A stretch of 64,000 bases of DNA from positions 25,048,001 through 25,112,000 of the forward strand of contig OZ059900.1 of NCBI GenBank assembly GCA_964057225.1, given 5' to 3'. How positions within the stretch are numbered: position 1 is the stretch's first letter; each line of letters opens with the position of its first letter. This document shows, piece after piece, positions 13,201-28,600 of the stretch. Source of the DNA: Auanema rhodensis. Its lineage: Eukaryota; Animalia; Nematoda. Under the pieces are notes generated by a model. The model made no database searches. It was given only the letters and a program-made list of their open reading frames with translations, and had not been told where the DNA came from. The position numbers and the translations under genes are program-made.

Positions 13201-15390
13201 AATATGCTAATTTCCTTAATTTTCTAACCCCTGTTTTTTTGTCGTGAAAGTGGAACTAGACGTTGTACGAACAATTTTGAGCTAGGTTTCATTGACATTG
13301 CATGAGTTTGAACACATGAAATCGTAAGTCAAAACCTTGTTTACAGCGAAATTTCCAAAAACTGGTTTTCCAGCATAATAAAATATTTCTCATGGGAAAT
13401 ACTGTGTTTTTGTATTCTTTTAGTGTTCAGCATGTAAAATGCGTCATTTTAGTATGTAAAACGCTGAAATTCGTTGCATTTGACGACTCATATGAACAAA
13501 AATCGATTTTATCAATATTAGCCATAAGGGGCGTGCCCTCAGAATATGCTAATTTCCTTAATTTTCTAACCCCTGTTTTTTTGTCGTGAAAGTGGAACTA
13601 GACGTTGTACGAACAATTTTGAGCTAGGTTTCATTGACATTGCATGAGTTTGAACACATGAAATCGTAAGTCAAAACCTTGTTTACAGCGAAATTTCCAA
13701 AAACTGGTTTTCCAGCATAATAAAATATTTCTCATGGGAAATACTGTGTTTTTGTATTTTTTTAGTGTTCAGCATGTAAAATGCGTCATTTTAGTATGTA
13801 AAACGCTGAAATTCGTTGCATTTGACGACTCATATGAACAAAAATCGATCTTATCAATATTAGCCATAAGGGGCGTGCCCTCAGAATATGCTAATTTCCT
13901 TAATTTTCTAACCCCTGTTTTTTTGTCGTGAAAGTGGAACTAGACGTTGTACGAACAATTTTGAGCTAGGTTTCATTGACATTGCATGAGTTTGAACACA
14001 TGAAATCGTAAGTCAAAACCTTGTTTACAGCGAAATTTCCAAAAACAGGTTTTCCAGCATAATACAATATTTCTCATGGGAAATACTGTGTTTTTGTATT
14101 TTTCTAGTGTTCAGAATGTAGAATGCTTCATTTTAGTATGTAACACGCTGAAATTCGTTGCATTTGACGACTCATATGAACAAAAATCGATTTAATCAAT
14201 ATTAGCCATAAGGAGCGTGCCCTCAGAATATGCTAATTTCCTTAATTTTCTAACCCCTGTTTTTTTGTCGTGAAAGTGGAACTAGACGTTGTACGAACAA
14301 TTTTGAGCTAGGTTTCATTGACATTGCATGAGTTTGAACACATGAAATCGTAAGTCAAAACCTTGTTTACAGCGAAATTTCCAAAAACTGGTTTTCCAGC
14401 ATAATAAAATATTTCTCATGGGAAATACTGTGTTTTTGTATTTTTTTAGTGTTCAGCATGTAAAATGCGTCATTTTAGTATGTAAAACGCTGAAATTCGT
14501 TGCATTTGACGACTCATATGAACAAAAAGCGATTTAATCAATATTAGCCATAAGGGGCGTGCCCTCAGAATATGCTAATTTCCTTAATTTTCTAACCCCT
14601 GTTTTTTTGTCGTGAAAGTGGAACTAGACGTTGTACGAACAATTTTGAGCTAGGTTTCATTGACATTGCATGAGTTTGAACACATGAAATCGTAAGTCAA
14701 AACCTTGTTTACAGCGAAATTTCCAAAAACTGGTTTTCCAGCATAATAAAATATTTCTCATGGGAAATACTGTGTTTTTGTATTTTTTTAGTGTTCAGCA
14801 TGTAAAATGCGTCATTTTAGTATGTAAAACGCTGAAATTCGTTGCATTTGACGACTCATATGAACAAAAAGCGATTTAATCAATATTAGCCATAAGGGGC
14901 GTGCCCTCAGAATATGCTAATTTCCTTAATTTTCTAACCCCTGTTTTTTTGTCGTGAAAGTGGAACTAGACGTTGTACGAACAATTTTGAGCTAGGTTTC
15001 ATTGACATTGCATGAGTTTGAACACATGCAATCGTAAGTCAAAACCTTGTTTACAGCGAAATTTCCAAAAACTGGTTTTCCAGCATAATAAAATATTTCT
15101 CATGGGAAATACTGTGTTTTTGTATTTTTCTAGTGTTCAGCATGTAAAATGGTTCATTTTAGTATGTAATACGCTGAAATTTGTTGCATTTGACGACTCA
15201 TATGAACAAAAATCGATTTAATCAATATTAGCCATAAGGGGCGTGCCCTCAGAATATGCTAATTTCCTTAATTTTCTAACCCCTGTTTTTTTGTCGTGAA
15301 AGTGGAACTAGACGTTGTACGAACAATTTTGAGCTAGGTTTCATTGACATTGCATGAGTTTGAACAAATGAAATCGTAAGTCAAAACCTT

Positions 15391-16758
15391 GTTTACATCG
15401 AAATTTCCAAAAACTGGTTTTCCAGCATAATAAAATATTTCTCATGGGAAATACTGTGTTTTTGTATTTTTTTAGTGTTCAGCATGTGAAATGCGTCATG
15501 TTAGTATGTAAAACGCTGAAATTCGTTGCATTTGACGACTCATATGAACAAAAATCGATTTTATCAATATTAGCCATAAGGGGCGTGCCCTCAGAATATG
15601 CTAATTTCCTTAATTTTCTAACCCCTGTTTTTTTGTTGTGAAAGTGGAACTAGACGTTGTACGAACAATTTTGAGCTAGGTTTCATTGACATTGCATGAG
15701 TTTGAACACATGCAATCGTAAGTCAAAACCTTGTTTACAGCGAAATTTCCAAAAACTGGTTTTCCAGCATAATAAAATATTTCTCATGGGAAAAACTGTG
15801 TTTTTGTATTTTTCTAGTGTTCAGCATGGAAAATGCTTCATTTTAGTATGTAACACGCTGAAATTCGTTGCGTTTGACGACTCATATGAACAAAAATCGA
15901 TTTAATCAATATTAGCCATAAGGGGCGTGCCCTCAGAATATGCTAATTTCCTTAATTTTCTAACCCCTGTTTTTTTGTCGTGAAAGTGGAACTAGACGTT
16001 GTACGAACAATTTTGAGCTAGGTTTCATTGACATTGCATGAGTTTGAACACATGAAATCGTAAGTCAAAACCTTGTTTACAGCGAAATTTCCAAAAACTG
16101 GTTTTCCAGCATAATAAAATATTTCTCATGGGAAATACTGTGTTTTTGTATTTTTTTAGTGTTCAGCATGTAAAATGCGTCATGTTAGTATGTAAAACGC
16201 TGAAATTCGTTGCATTTGACGACTCATATGAACAAAAATCGATTTTATCAATATTAGCCATAAGGGGCGTGCCCTCAGAATATGCTAATTTCCTTAATTT
16301 TCTAACCCCTGTTTTTTTGTTGTGAAAGTGGAACTAGACGTTGTACGAACAATTTTGAGCTAGGTTTCATTGACATTGCATGAGTTTGAACACATGCAAT
16401 CGTAAGTCAAAACCTTGTTTACAGCGAAATTTCCAAAAACTGGTTTTCCAGCATAATAAAATATTTCTCATGGGAAAAACTGTGTTTTTGTATTTTTCTA
16501 GTGTTCAGCATGTAAAATGCTTCATTTTAGTATGTAACACGCTGAAATTCGTTGCGTTTGACGACTCATATGAACAAAAATCGATTTAATCAATATTAGC
16601 CATAAGGGGCGTGCCCTCAGAATATGCTAATTTCCTTAATTTTCTAACCCCTGTTTTTTTGTCGTGAAAGTGGAACTAGACGTTGTACGAACAATTTTGA
16701 GCTAGGTTTCATTGACATTGCATGAGTTTGAACACATGAAATCGTAAGTCAAAACCTT
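15391..16758. repeat. Dimeric higher-order repeat x2
   Basis: A GTCATGTTAG/C247T/A323C monomer followed by a T62A/A140G monomer occurs at 15391 and again at 16075 (ORF pairs 15444/16128 and 15696/16380). Confidence 0.85.
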
Positions 16759-19700
16759 GTTTACAGCGAAATTTCCAAAAACTGGTTTTCCAGCATAATA
16801 AAATATTTCTCATGGGAAATACTGTGTTTTTATATTTTTCTAGTGTTCAGCATGTAAAATGCTTCATTTTAGTATGTAACACGCTGAAATTCGTTGCATT
16901 TGACGACTCATATGAACAAAAATTGATTTAATCAATATTAGCCATAAGGGGCGTGCCCTCAGAATATGCTAATTTCCTTAATTTTCTAACCCCTGTTTTT
17001 TTGTCGTGAAAGTGGAACTAGACGTTGTACGAACAATTTTGAGCTAGGTTTCATTGACATTGCATGAGTTTGAACACATGAAATCGTAAGTCAAAACCTT
17101 GTTTACAGCGAAATTTCCAAAAACTGGTTTTCCAGCATAATAAAATATTTCTCATGGGAAATACTGTGTTTTTATATTTTTCTAGTGTTCAGCATGTAAA
17201 ATGCTTCATTTTAGTATGTAACACGCTGAAATTCGTTGCATTTGACGACTCATATGAACAAAAATTGATTTAATCAATATTAGCCATAAGGGGCGTGCCC
17301 TCAGAATATGCTAATTTCCTTAATTTTCTAACCCCTGTTTTTTTGTCGTGAAAGTGGAACTAGACGTTGTACGAACAATTTTGAGCTAGGTTTCATTGAC
17401 ATTGCATGAGTTTGAACACATGCAATCGTAAGTCAAAACCTTGTTTACAGCGAAATTTCCAAAAACTGGTTTTCCAGCATAATAAAATATTTCTCATGGG
17501 AAAAACTGTGTTTTTGTATTTTTCTAGTGTTCAGCATGTAAAATGCTTTATTTTAATATGTAACACGCTGAAATTCGTTGCATTTGACGACTCATATGAA
17601 CAAAAATCGATTTAATCAATATTAGCCATAAGGGGCGTGCCCTCAGAATATGCTAATTTCCTTAATTTTCTAACCCCTGTTTTTTTGTTGTGAAAGTGGA
17701 ACTAGACGTTGTACGAACAATTTTGAGCTAGGTTTCATTGACATTGCATGAGTTTGAACACATGAAATCGTAAGTCAAAACCTTGTTTACAGCGAAATTT
17801 CCAAAAACTGGTTTTCCAGCATAATAAAATATTTCTCATGGGAAAAACTGTGTTTTTGTATTTTTCTAGTGTTCAGCATGTAAAATGCTTCATTTTAGTA
17901 TGTAGCACACTAAAATTTGTTGCATTTGACGACTCATATGAACAAAAATTGATTTTATCAATATTAGCCATAAGGGGCGTGCCCTCAGAATATGCTAATT
18001 TCCTTAATTTTCTAACCCCTGTTTTTTTGTCGTGAAAGTGGAACTAGACGTTGTACGAACAATTTTGAGCTAGGTTTCATTGACATTGCATGAGTTTGAA
18101 CACATGAAATCGTAAGTCAAAACCTTGTTTACAGCGAAATTTCCAAAAACTGGTTTTCCAGCATAATAAAATATTTCTCATGGGAAATACAGTGTTTTTG
18201 TATTTTTTTAGTGTTCAGCATGTAAAATGCGTCATTTTAGTATGTAAAACGCTGAAATTCGTTGCATTTGACGACTCATATGAACAAAAATCGATTTTAT
18301 CAATATTAGCCATAAGGGGCGTGCCCTCAGAATATGCTAATTTCCTTAATTTTCTAACCCCTGTTTTTTTGTCGTGAAAGTGGAACTAGACGTTGTACGA
18401 ACAATTTTGAGCTAGGTTTCATTGACATTGCATGAGTTTGAACACATGAAATCGTAAGTCAAAACCTTGTTTACAGCGAAATTTCCAAAAACTGGTTTTC
18501 CAGCATAATAAAATATTTCTCAAGGGAAAAACTGTGTTTTTATATTTTTCTAGTGTTCAGCATGTGAAATGCTTAATTTTAGTATGTAACACGCTGAAAT
18601 TTGTTGCATTTGACGACTCATATGAACAAAAATCGATTTAATCAATATTAGCCATAAGGGGCGTGCCCTCAGAATATGCTAATTTCCTTAATTTTCTAAC
18701 CCCTGTTTTTTTGTCGTGAAAGTGGAACTAGACGTTGTACGAACAATTTTGAGCTAGGTTTCATTGACATTGCATGAGTTTGAACACATGAAATCGTAAG
18801 TCAAAACCTTGTTTACAGCGAAATTTCCAAAAACTGGTTTTCCAGCATAATAAAATATTTCTCATGGGAAATACTGTGTTTTTGTATTTTTCTAGTGTTC
18901 AGCATGTAAAATGCTTCATTTTAGTATGTAACACGCTGAAATTCGTTGCATTTGACGACTCATATGAACAAAAATCGATTTAATCAATATTAGCCATAAG
19001 GGGCGTGCCCTCAGAATATGCTAATTTCCTTAATTTTCTAACCCCTGTTTTTTTGTCGTGAAAGTGGAACTAGACGTTGTACGAACAATTTTGAGCTAGG
19101 TTTCATTGACATTGCATGAGTTTGAACACATGAAATCGTAAGTCAAAACCTTGTTTACAGCGAAATTTCCAAAAACTGGTTTTCCAGCATAATAAAATAT
19201 TTCTCATGGGAAATACTGTGTTTTTGTATTTTTTTAGTGTTCAGCATGTAAAATGCGTCATTTTAGTATGTAAAACGCTGAAATTCGTTGCATTTGACGA
19301 CTCATATGAACAAAAATCGATTTTATCAATATTAGCCATAAGGGGTGTGCCCTCAGAATATGCTGATTTCCTTAATTTTCTAACCCCTGTTTTTTTGTCG
19401 TGAAAGTGGAACTAGACGTTGTACGAACAATTTTGAGCTAGGTTTCATTGACATTGCATGAGTTTGAACACATGAAATCGTAAGTCAAAACCTTGTTTAC
19501 AGCGAAATTTCCAAAAACTGGTTTTCCAGCATAATACAATATTTCTCATGGGAAATACTGTGTTTTTGTATTTTTCTAGTGTTCAACATGTAAAATGCTT
19601 CATTTTAGTATGTAACACGCTGAAATTCGTTGCATTTGACGACTCATATGAACAAAAATCGATTTAATCAATATTAGCCATAAGGAGCGTGCCCTCAGAA

Positions 19701-22700
19701 TATGCTAATTTCCTTAATTTTCTAACCCCTGTTTTTTTGTCGTGAAAGTGGAACTAGACGTTGTACGAACAATTTTGAGCTAGGTTTCATTGACATTGCA
19801 TGAGTTTGAACACATGAAATCGTAAGTCAAAACCTTGTTTACAGCGAAATTTCCAAAAACTGGTTTTCCAGCATAATAAAATATTTCTCATGGGAAATAC
19901 TGTGTTTTTGTATTTTTTTAGTGTTCAGCATGTAAAATGCGTCAATTTAGTATGTAAAACGCTGAAATTCGTTGCATTTGACGACTCATATGAACAAAAA
20001 GCGATTTAATCAATATTAGCCATAAGGGGCGTGCCCTCAGAATATGCTAATTTCCTTAATTTTCTAACCCCTGTTTTTTTGTCGTGAAAGTGGAACGAGA
20101 CGTTGTACGAACAATTTTGAGCTAGGTTTCATTGACATTGCATGAGTTTGAACACATGAAATCGTAAGTCAAAACCTTGTTTACAGCGAAATTTCCAAAA
20201 ACTGGTTTTCCAGCATAATAAAATATTTCTCATGGGAAATACTGTGTTTTTGTATTTTTCTAGTGTTCAGCATGTAAAATGCTTCATTTTAGTATGTAAC
20301 ACGCTGAAATTCGTTGCATTTGACGACTCATATGAACAAAAATCGATTTAATCAATATTAGCCATAAGGGGCGTGCCCTCAGAATATGCTAATTTCCTTA
20401 ATTTTCTAACCCCTGTTTTTTTGTCGTGAAAGTGGAACTAGACGTTGTACGAACAATTTTGAGCTAGGTTTCATTGACATTGCATGAGTTTGAACACATG
20501 AAATCGTAAGTCAAAACCTTGTTTACAGCGAAATTTCCAAAAACTGGTTTTCCAGCATAATAAAATATTTCTCATGGGAAAAACTGTGTTTTTGTATTTT
20601 TCTAGTGTTCAGCATGTAAAATGCTTCATTTTAGTATGTAACACGCTGAAATTTGTTGCATTTGACGACTCATATGAACAAAAATCGATTTAATCAATAT
20701 TAGCCATAAGGGGCGTGCCCTCAGAATATGCTAATTTCCTTAATTTTCTAACCCCTGTTTTTTTGTCGTGAAAGTGGAACTAGACGTTGTACGAACAATT
20801 TTGAGCTAGGTTTCATTGACATTGCATGAGTTTGAACACATGAAATCGTAAGTCAAAACCTTGTTTACAGCGAAATTTCCAAAAACTGGTTTTCCAGCAT
20901 AATAAAATATTTCTCATGGGAAAAACTGTGTTTTTGTATTTTTCTAGTGTTCAGCATGTAAAATGCTTCATTTTAGTATGTAACACGCTGAAATTTGTTG
21001 CATTTGACGACTCATATGAACAAAAATCGATTTAATCAATATTAGCCATAAGGGGCGTGCCCTCAGAATATGCTAATTTCCTTAATTTTCTAACCCCTGT
21101 TTTTTTTTCGTGAAAGTGGAACTAGACGTTGTACGAACAATTTTGAGCTAGGTTTCATTGACATTGCATGAGTTTGAACACATGAAATCGTAAGTCAAAA
21201 CCTTGTTCACAGCGAAATTTCCAAAAACTGGTTTTCCAGCATAATAAAATATTTCTCAAGGGAAAAACTGTGTTTTCATATTTTTCTAGTGTTCAGCATG
21301 TGAAATGCTTTATTTTAGTATGTAACACGCTGAAATTCGTTGCATTTGACGACTCATATGAACAAAAATCGATTTAATCAATATTAGCCATAAGGGGCGT
21401 GCCCTCAGAATATGCTAATTTCCTTAATTTTCTAACCCTGTTTTTTCGTCGTGAAAGTGGAACTAGACGTTGTACGAACAATTTTGAGCTAGGTTTCATT
21501 GACATTGCATGAGTTTGAACACATGAAATCGTTAGTCAAAACCTTGTTTACAGCGAAATTTCCAAAAACTGGTTTTCCAGCATAATAAAATATTTCTCAT
21601 GGGAAATACTGTGTTTTTGTATTTTTCTAGTGTTCAGCATGTAGAATGCTTCATTTTGATATGTAAAACGCTAAAATTCGTTGCATTTGACGACTCATAT
21701 GAACAAAAATCGATTTTATCAATATTAGCCATAAGGGGCGTGCCCTCAGAATATGCTAATTTCCTTAATTTTCTAAACCCTGTTTTTTTGTCGTGAAAGT
21801 GGAACTAGACGTTGTACGAACAATTTTGAGCTAGGTTTCATTGACATTGCATGAGTTTGAACACATGAAATCGTAAGTCAAAACCTTGTTTACAGCGAAA
21901 TTTCCAAAAACTGGTTTTCCAGCATAATAAAATATTTCTCATGGGAAATACTGTGTTTTTGTATTTTTCTAGTGTTCAGCATGTAAAATGCTTCATTTAA
22001 GTATGTAACACGCTGAAATTCGTTGCATTTGACGACTCATATGAACAAAAATCGATTTAATCAATATTAGCCATAAGGGGCGTGCCCTCAGAATATGCTA
22101 ATTTCCTTAATTTTCTAACCCCTGTTTTTTTGTCGTGAAAGTGGAACTAGACGTTGTACGAACAATTTTGAGCTAGGTTTCATTGACATTGCATGAGTTT
22201 GAACACATGAAATCGTAAGTCAAAACCTTGTTTACAGCGAAATTTCCAAAAACTGGTTTTCCAGCATAATACAATATTTCTCATGGGAAATACTGTGTTT
22301 TTGTATTTTTCTAGTGTTCAGAATGTAGAATGCTTCATTTTGATATGTAAAACGCTGAAATTCGTTGCATTTGACGACTCATATGAACAAAAATCGATTT
22401 TATCAATATTAGCCATAAGGGGCGTGCCCTCAGAATATGCTAATTTCCTTAATTTTCTAAACCCTGTTTTTTTGTCGTGAAAGTGGAACTAGACGTTGTA
22501 CGAACAATTTTGAGCTAGGTTTCATTGACATTGCATGAGTTTGAACACATGAAATCGTAAGTCAAAACCTTGTTTACAGCGAAATTTCCAAAAACTGGTT
22601 TTCCAGCATAATAAAATATTTCTCATGGGAAATACTGTGTTTTTGTATTTTTCTAGTGTTCAGCATGTAAAATGCTTCATTTTAGTATGTAGCACGCTGA

Positions 22701-22913
22701 AATTCGTTGCATTTGACGACTCATATGAACAAAAATCGATTTAATCAATATTAGCCATAAGGGGCGTGCCCTCAGAATATGCTAATTTCCTTAATTTTCT
22801 AACCCCTGTTTTTTTGTCGTGAAAGTGGAACTAGACGTTGTACGAACAATTTTGAGCTAGGTTTCATTGACATTGCATGAGTTTGAACACATGAAATCGT
22901 AAGTCAAAACCTT

Positions 22914-25649
22914 GTTTACAGCGAAATTTCCAAAAACTGGTTTTCCAGCATAATAAAATATTTCTCATGGGAAAAACTGTGTTTTTGTATTTTTCTAGTG
23001 TTCAGCATGTAAAATGCTTCATTTTAGTATGTAACACACTGAAATTTGTTGCATTTGACGACTCATATGAACAAAAATTGATTTAATCAATATTAGTCAT
23101 AGGGGGCGTGCCCTCAGAATATGCTAATTTCCTTAATTTTCTAACCCCTGTTTTTTTGTCGTGAAAGTGGAACGAGACGTTGTACGAACAATTTTGAACT
23201 AGGTTTCATTGACATTGCATGAGTTTGAACACATGAAATCGTAAGTCAAAACCTTGTTTACAGCGAAATTTCCAAAAACTGGTTTTCCAGCATAATAAAA
23301 TATTTCTCATGGGAAATACTGTGTTTTTGTATTTTTCTAGTGTTCAGCATGTAAAATGCTTCATTTTAGTATGTAACACGCTGAAATTCGTTGCATTTGA
23401 CGACTCATATGAACAAAAATCGATTTAATCAATATTAGCCATAAGGGGCGTGCCCTCAGAATATGCTAATTTCCTTAATTTTCTAACCCCTGTTTTTTTG
23501 TCGTGAAAGTGGAACTAGACGTTGTACGAACAATTTTGAGCTAGGTTTCATTGACATTGCATGAGTTTGAACACATGAAATCGTAAGTCAAAACCTTGTT
23601 TACAGCGAAATTTCCAAAAACTGGTTTTCCAGCATAATAAAATATTTCTCATGGGAAATACTGTGTTTTTGTATTTTTCTAGTGTTCAGCATGTAAAATG
23701 CTTCATTTTAGTATGTAACACGCTGAAATTCGTTGCATTTGACGACTCATATGAACAAAAATCGATTTAATCAATATTAGCCATAAGGGGCGTGCCCTCA
23801 GAATATGCTAATTTCCTTAATTTTCTAACCCCTGTTTTTATGTCGTGAAAGTGGAACTAGACGTTGTACGAACAATTTTGAGCTAGGTTTCATTGACATT
23901 GCATGAGTTTGAACACATGAAATCGTAAGTCAAAACCTTGTTTACAGCGAAATTTCCAAAAACTGGTTTTCCAGCATAATAAAATATTTCTCATGGGAAA
24001 AACTGTGTTTTTGTATTTTTCTAGTGTTCAGCATGTAAAATGCTTCATTTTAGTATGTAACACACTGAAATTTGTTGCATTTGACGACTCATATGAACAA
24101 AAATTGATTTAATCAATATTAGTCATAAGGGGCGTGCCCTCAGAATATGCTAATTTCCTTAATTTTCTAACCCCTGTTTTTTTGTCGTGAAAGTGGAACT
24201 AGACGTTGTACGAACGATTTTGAGCTAGGTTTCATTGACATTGCATGAGTTTGAACACATGAAATCGTAAGTCAAAACCTTGTTTACAGCGAAATTTCCA
24301 AAAACTGGTTTTCCAGCATAATAAAATATTTCTCATGGGAAATACTGTGTTTTTGTATTTTTCTAGTGTTCAGCATGTAAAATGCTTCATTTTAGTATGT
24401 AACACGCTGAAATTTGTTGCATTTGACGACTCATATGAACAAAAATCGATTTAATCAATATTAGCCATAAGGGGCGTGCCCTCAGAATATGCTAATTTCC
24501 TTAATTTTCTAACCCCTGTTTTTTTGTCGTGAAAGTGGAACTAGACGTTGTACGAACAATTTTGAGCTAGGTTTCATTGACATTGCATGAGTTTGAACAC
24601 ATGAAATCGTAAGTCAAAACCTTGTTTACAGCGAAATTTCCAAAAACTGGTTTTCCAGCATAATAAAATATTTCTCATGGGAAATACTGTGTTTTTGTAT
24701 TTTTCTAGTGTTCAGCATGTAAAATGCTTCATTTTAGTATGTAACACGCTGAAATTCGTTGCATTTGACGACTCATATGAACAAAAATCGATTTAATCAA
24801 TATTAGCCATAAGGGGCGTGCCCTCAGAATATGCTAATTTCCTTAATTTTCTAACCCCTGTTTTTTTGTCGTGAAAGTGGAACTAGACGTTGTACGAACA
24901 ATTTTGAGCTAGGTTTCATTGACATTGCATGAGTTTGAACACATGAAATCGTAAGTCAAAACCTTGTTTACAGCGAAATTTCCAAAAACTGGTTTTCCAG
25001 CATAATAAAATATTTCTCATGGGAAAAACTGTGTTTTTGTATTTTTCTAGTGTTCAGCATGTAAAATGCTTCATTTTAGTATGTAACACACTGAAATTTG
25101 TTGCATTTGACGACTCATATGAACAAAAATTGATTTAATCAATATTAGTCATAAGGGGCGTGCCCTCAGAATATGCTAATTTCCTTAATTTTCTAACCCC
25201 TGTTTTTTTGTCGTGAAAGTGGAACTAGACGTTGTACGAACAATTTTGAGCTAGGTTTCATTGACATTGCATGAGTTTGAACACATGAAATCGTAAGTCA
25301 AAACCTTGTTTACAGCGAAATTTCCAAAAACTGGTTTTCCAGCATAATAAAATATTTCTCATGGGAAATACTGTGTTTTTGTATTTTTCTAGTGTTCAGC
25401 ATGTAAAATGCTTCATTTTAGTATGTAACACGCTGAAATTTGTTGCATTTGACGACTCATATGAACAAAAATCGATTTAATCAATATTAGCCATAAGGGG
25501 CGTGCCCTCAGAATATGCTAATTTCCTTAATTTTCTAACCCCTGTTTTTTTGTCGTGAAAGTGGAACTAGACGTTGTACGAACAATTTTGAGCTAGGTTT
25601 CGTTGACATTGCATGAGTTTGAACACATGAAATCGTAAGTCAAAACCTT
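22914..25649. repeat. Trimeric (1026-bp) periodicity
   Basis: A monomer carrying T62A, G125A, C134T, C166T and C184T occurs at 22914, 23940 and 24966. Confidence 0.8.
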
Positions 25650-28600
25650 GTTTACAGCGAAATTTCCAAAAACTGGTTTTCCAGCATAATAAAATATTTC
25701 TCATGGGAAATACTGTGTTTTTGTATTTTTTTAGTGTTCAGCATGTAAAATGCGTCATTTTAGTATGTAAAACGCTGAATTTCGTTGCATTTGACGACTC
25801 ATATGAACAAAAATCGATTTTATCAATATTAGCCATAAGGGGCGTGCCCTCAGAATATGCTAATTTCCTTAATTTTCTAACCCCTGTTTTTTTGTCGTGA
25901 AAGTGGAACTAGACGTTGTACGAACAATTTTGAGCTAGGTTTCATTGACATTGCATGAGTTTGAACACATGAAATCGTAAGTCAAAACCTTGTTTACAGC
26001 GAAATTTCCAAAAACAGGTTTTCCAGCATAATACAATATTTCTCATGGGAAATACTGTGTTTTTGTATTTTTCTAGTGTTCAGAATGTAGAATGCTTCAT
26101 TTTAGTATGTAACACGCTGAAATTCGTTGCATTTGACGACTCATATGAACAAAAATCGATTTAATCAATATTAGCCAAAAGGAGCGTGCCCTCAGAATAT
26201 GCTAATTTCCTTAATTTTCTAACCCCTGTTTTTTTGTCGTGAAAGTGGAACTAGACGTTGTACGAACAATTGTGAGCTAGGTTTCATTGACATTGCATGA
26301 GTTTGAACACATGAAATCGTAAGTCAAAACCTTGTTTACAGCGAAATTTCCAAAAACTGGTTTTCCAGCATAATAAAATATTTCTCATGGGAAATACTGT
26401 GTTTTTGTATTTTTCTAGTGTTCAGCATGTAAAATGCTTCATTTTAGTATGTAACACGCTGAAATTTGTTGCATTTGACGACTCATATGAACAAAAATCG
26501 ATTTAATCAATATTAGCCATAAGGGGCGTGCCCTCAGAATATGCTAATTTCCTTAATTTTCTAACCCCTGTTTTTTTGTCGTGAAAGTGGAACTAGACGT
26601 TGTACGAACAATTTTGAGCTAGGTTTCATTGACATTGCATGAGTTTGAACACATGAAATCGTAAGTCAAAACCTTGTTTACAGCGAAATTTCCAAAAACT
26701 GGTTTTCCAGCATAATAAAATATTTCTCATGGGAAATACTGTGTTTTTGTATTTTTTTAGTGTTCAGCATGTAAAATGCGTCATTTTAGTATGTAAAACG
26801 CTGAAATTCGTTGCATTTGACGACTCATATGAACAAAAATCGATTTTATCAATATTAGCCATAAGGGGCGTGCCCTCAGAATATGCTAATTTCCTTAATT
26901 TTCTAACCCCTGTTTTTTTGTCGTGAAAGTGGAACTAGACGTTGTACGAACAATTTTGAGCTAGGTTTCATTGACATTGCATGAGTTTGAACACATGAAA
27001 TCGTAAGTCAAAACCTTGTTTACAGCGAAATTTCCAAAAACTGGTTTTCCAGCATAATAAAATATTTCTCATGGGAAAAACTGTGTTTTTGTATTTTTCT
27101 AGTGTTCAGCATGTAAAATGCTTCATTTTAGTATGTAACACGCTGAAATTTGTTGCATTTGACGACTCATATGAACAAAAATCGATTTAATCAATATTAG
27201 CCATAAGGGGCGTGCCCTCAGAATATGCTAATTTCCTTAATTTTCTAACCCCTGTTTTTTTGTCGTGAAAGTGGAACTAGACGTTGTACGAACAATTTTG
27301 AGCTAGGTTTCATTGACATTGCATGAGTTTGAACACATGAAATCGTAAGTCAAAACCTTGTTTACAGCGAAATTTCCAAAAACTGGTTTTCCAGCATAAT
27401 AAAATATTTCTCATGGGAAATACTGTGTTTTTGTATTTTTTTAGTGTTCAGCATGTAAAATGCGTCATTTTAGTATGTAAAACGCTGAAATTCGTTGCAT
27501 TTGACGACTCATATGAACAAAAATCGATTTTATCAATATTAGCCATAAGGGGCGTGCCCTCAGAATATGCTAATTTCCTTAATTTTCTAACCCCTGTTTT
27601 TTTGTCGTGAAAGTGGAACTAGACGTTGTACGAACAATTTTGAGCTAGGTTTCATTGACATTGCATGAGTTTGAACACATGAAATCGTAAGTCAAAACCT
27701 TGTTTACAGCGAAATTTCCAAAAACAGGTTTTCCAGCATAATACAATATTTCTCATGGGAAATACTGTGTTTTTGTATTTTTCTAGTGTTCAGAATGTAG
27801 AATGCTTCATTTTAGTATGTAACACGCTGAAATTCGTTGCATTTGACGACTCATATGAACAAAAATCGATTTTATCAATATTAGCCATAAGGGGCGTGCC
27901 CTCAGAATATGCTAATTTCCTTAATTTTCTAACCCCTGTTTTTTTGTCGTGAAAGTGGAACTAGACGTTGTACGAACAATTTTGAGCTAGGTTTCATTGA
28001 CATTGCATGAGTTTGAACACATGAAATCGTAAGTCAAAACCTTGTTTACAGCGAAATTTCCAAAAACAGGTTTTCCAGCATAATACAATATTTCTCATGG
28101 GAAATACTGTGTTTTTGTATTTTTCTAGTGTTCAGAATGTAGAATGCTTCATTTTAGTATGTAACACGCTGAAATTCGTTGCATTTGACGACTCATATGA
28201 ACAAAAATCGATTTAATCAATATTAGCCATAAGGAGCGTGCCCTCAGAATATGCTAATTTCCTTAATTTTCTAACCCCTGTTTTTTTGTCGTGAAAGTGG
28301 AACTAGACGTTGTACGAACAATTTTGAGCTAGGTTTCATTGACATTGCATGAGTTTGAACACATGAAATCGTAAGTCAAAACCTTGTTTACAGCGAAATT
28401 TCCAAAAACTGGTTTTCCAGCATAATAAAATATTTCTCATGGGAAATACTGTGTTTTTGTATTTTTTTAGTGTTCAGCATGTAAAATGCGTCATTTTAGT
28501 ATGTAAAACGCTGAAATTCGTTGCATTTGACGACTCATATGAACAAAAAGCGATTTAATCAATATTAGCCATAAGGGGCGTGCCCTCAGAATATGCTAAT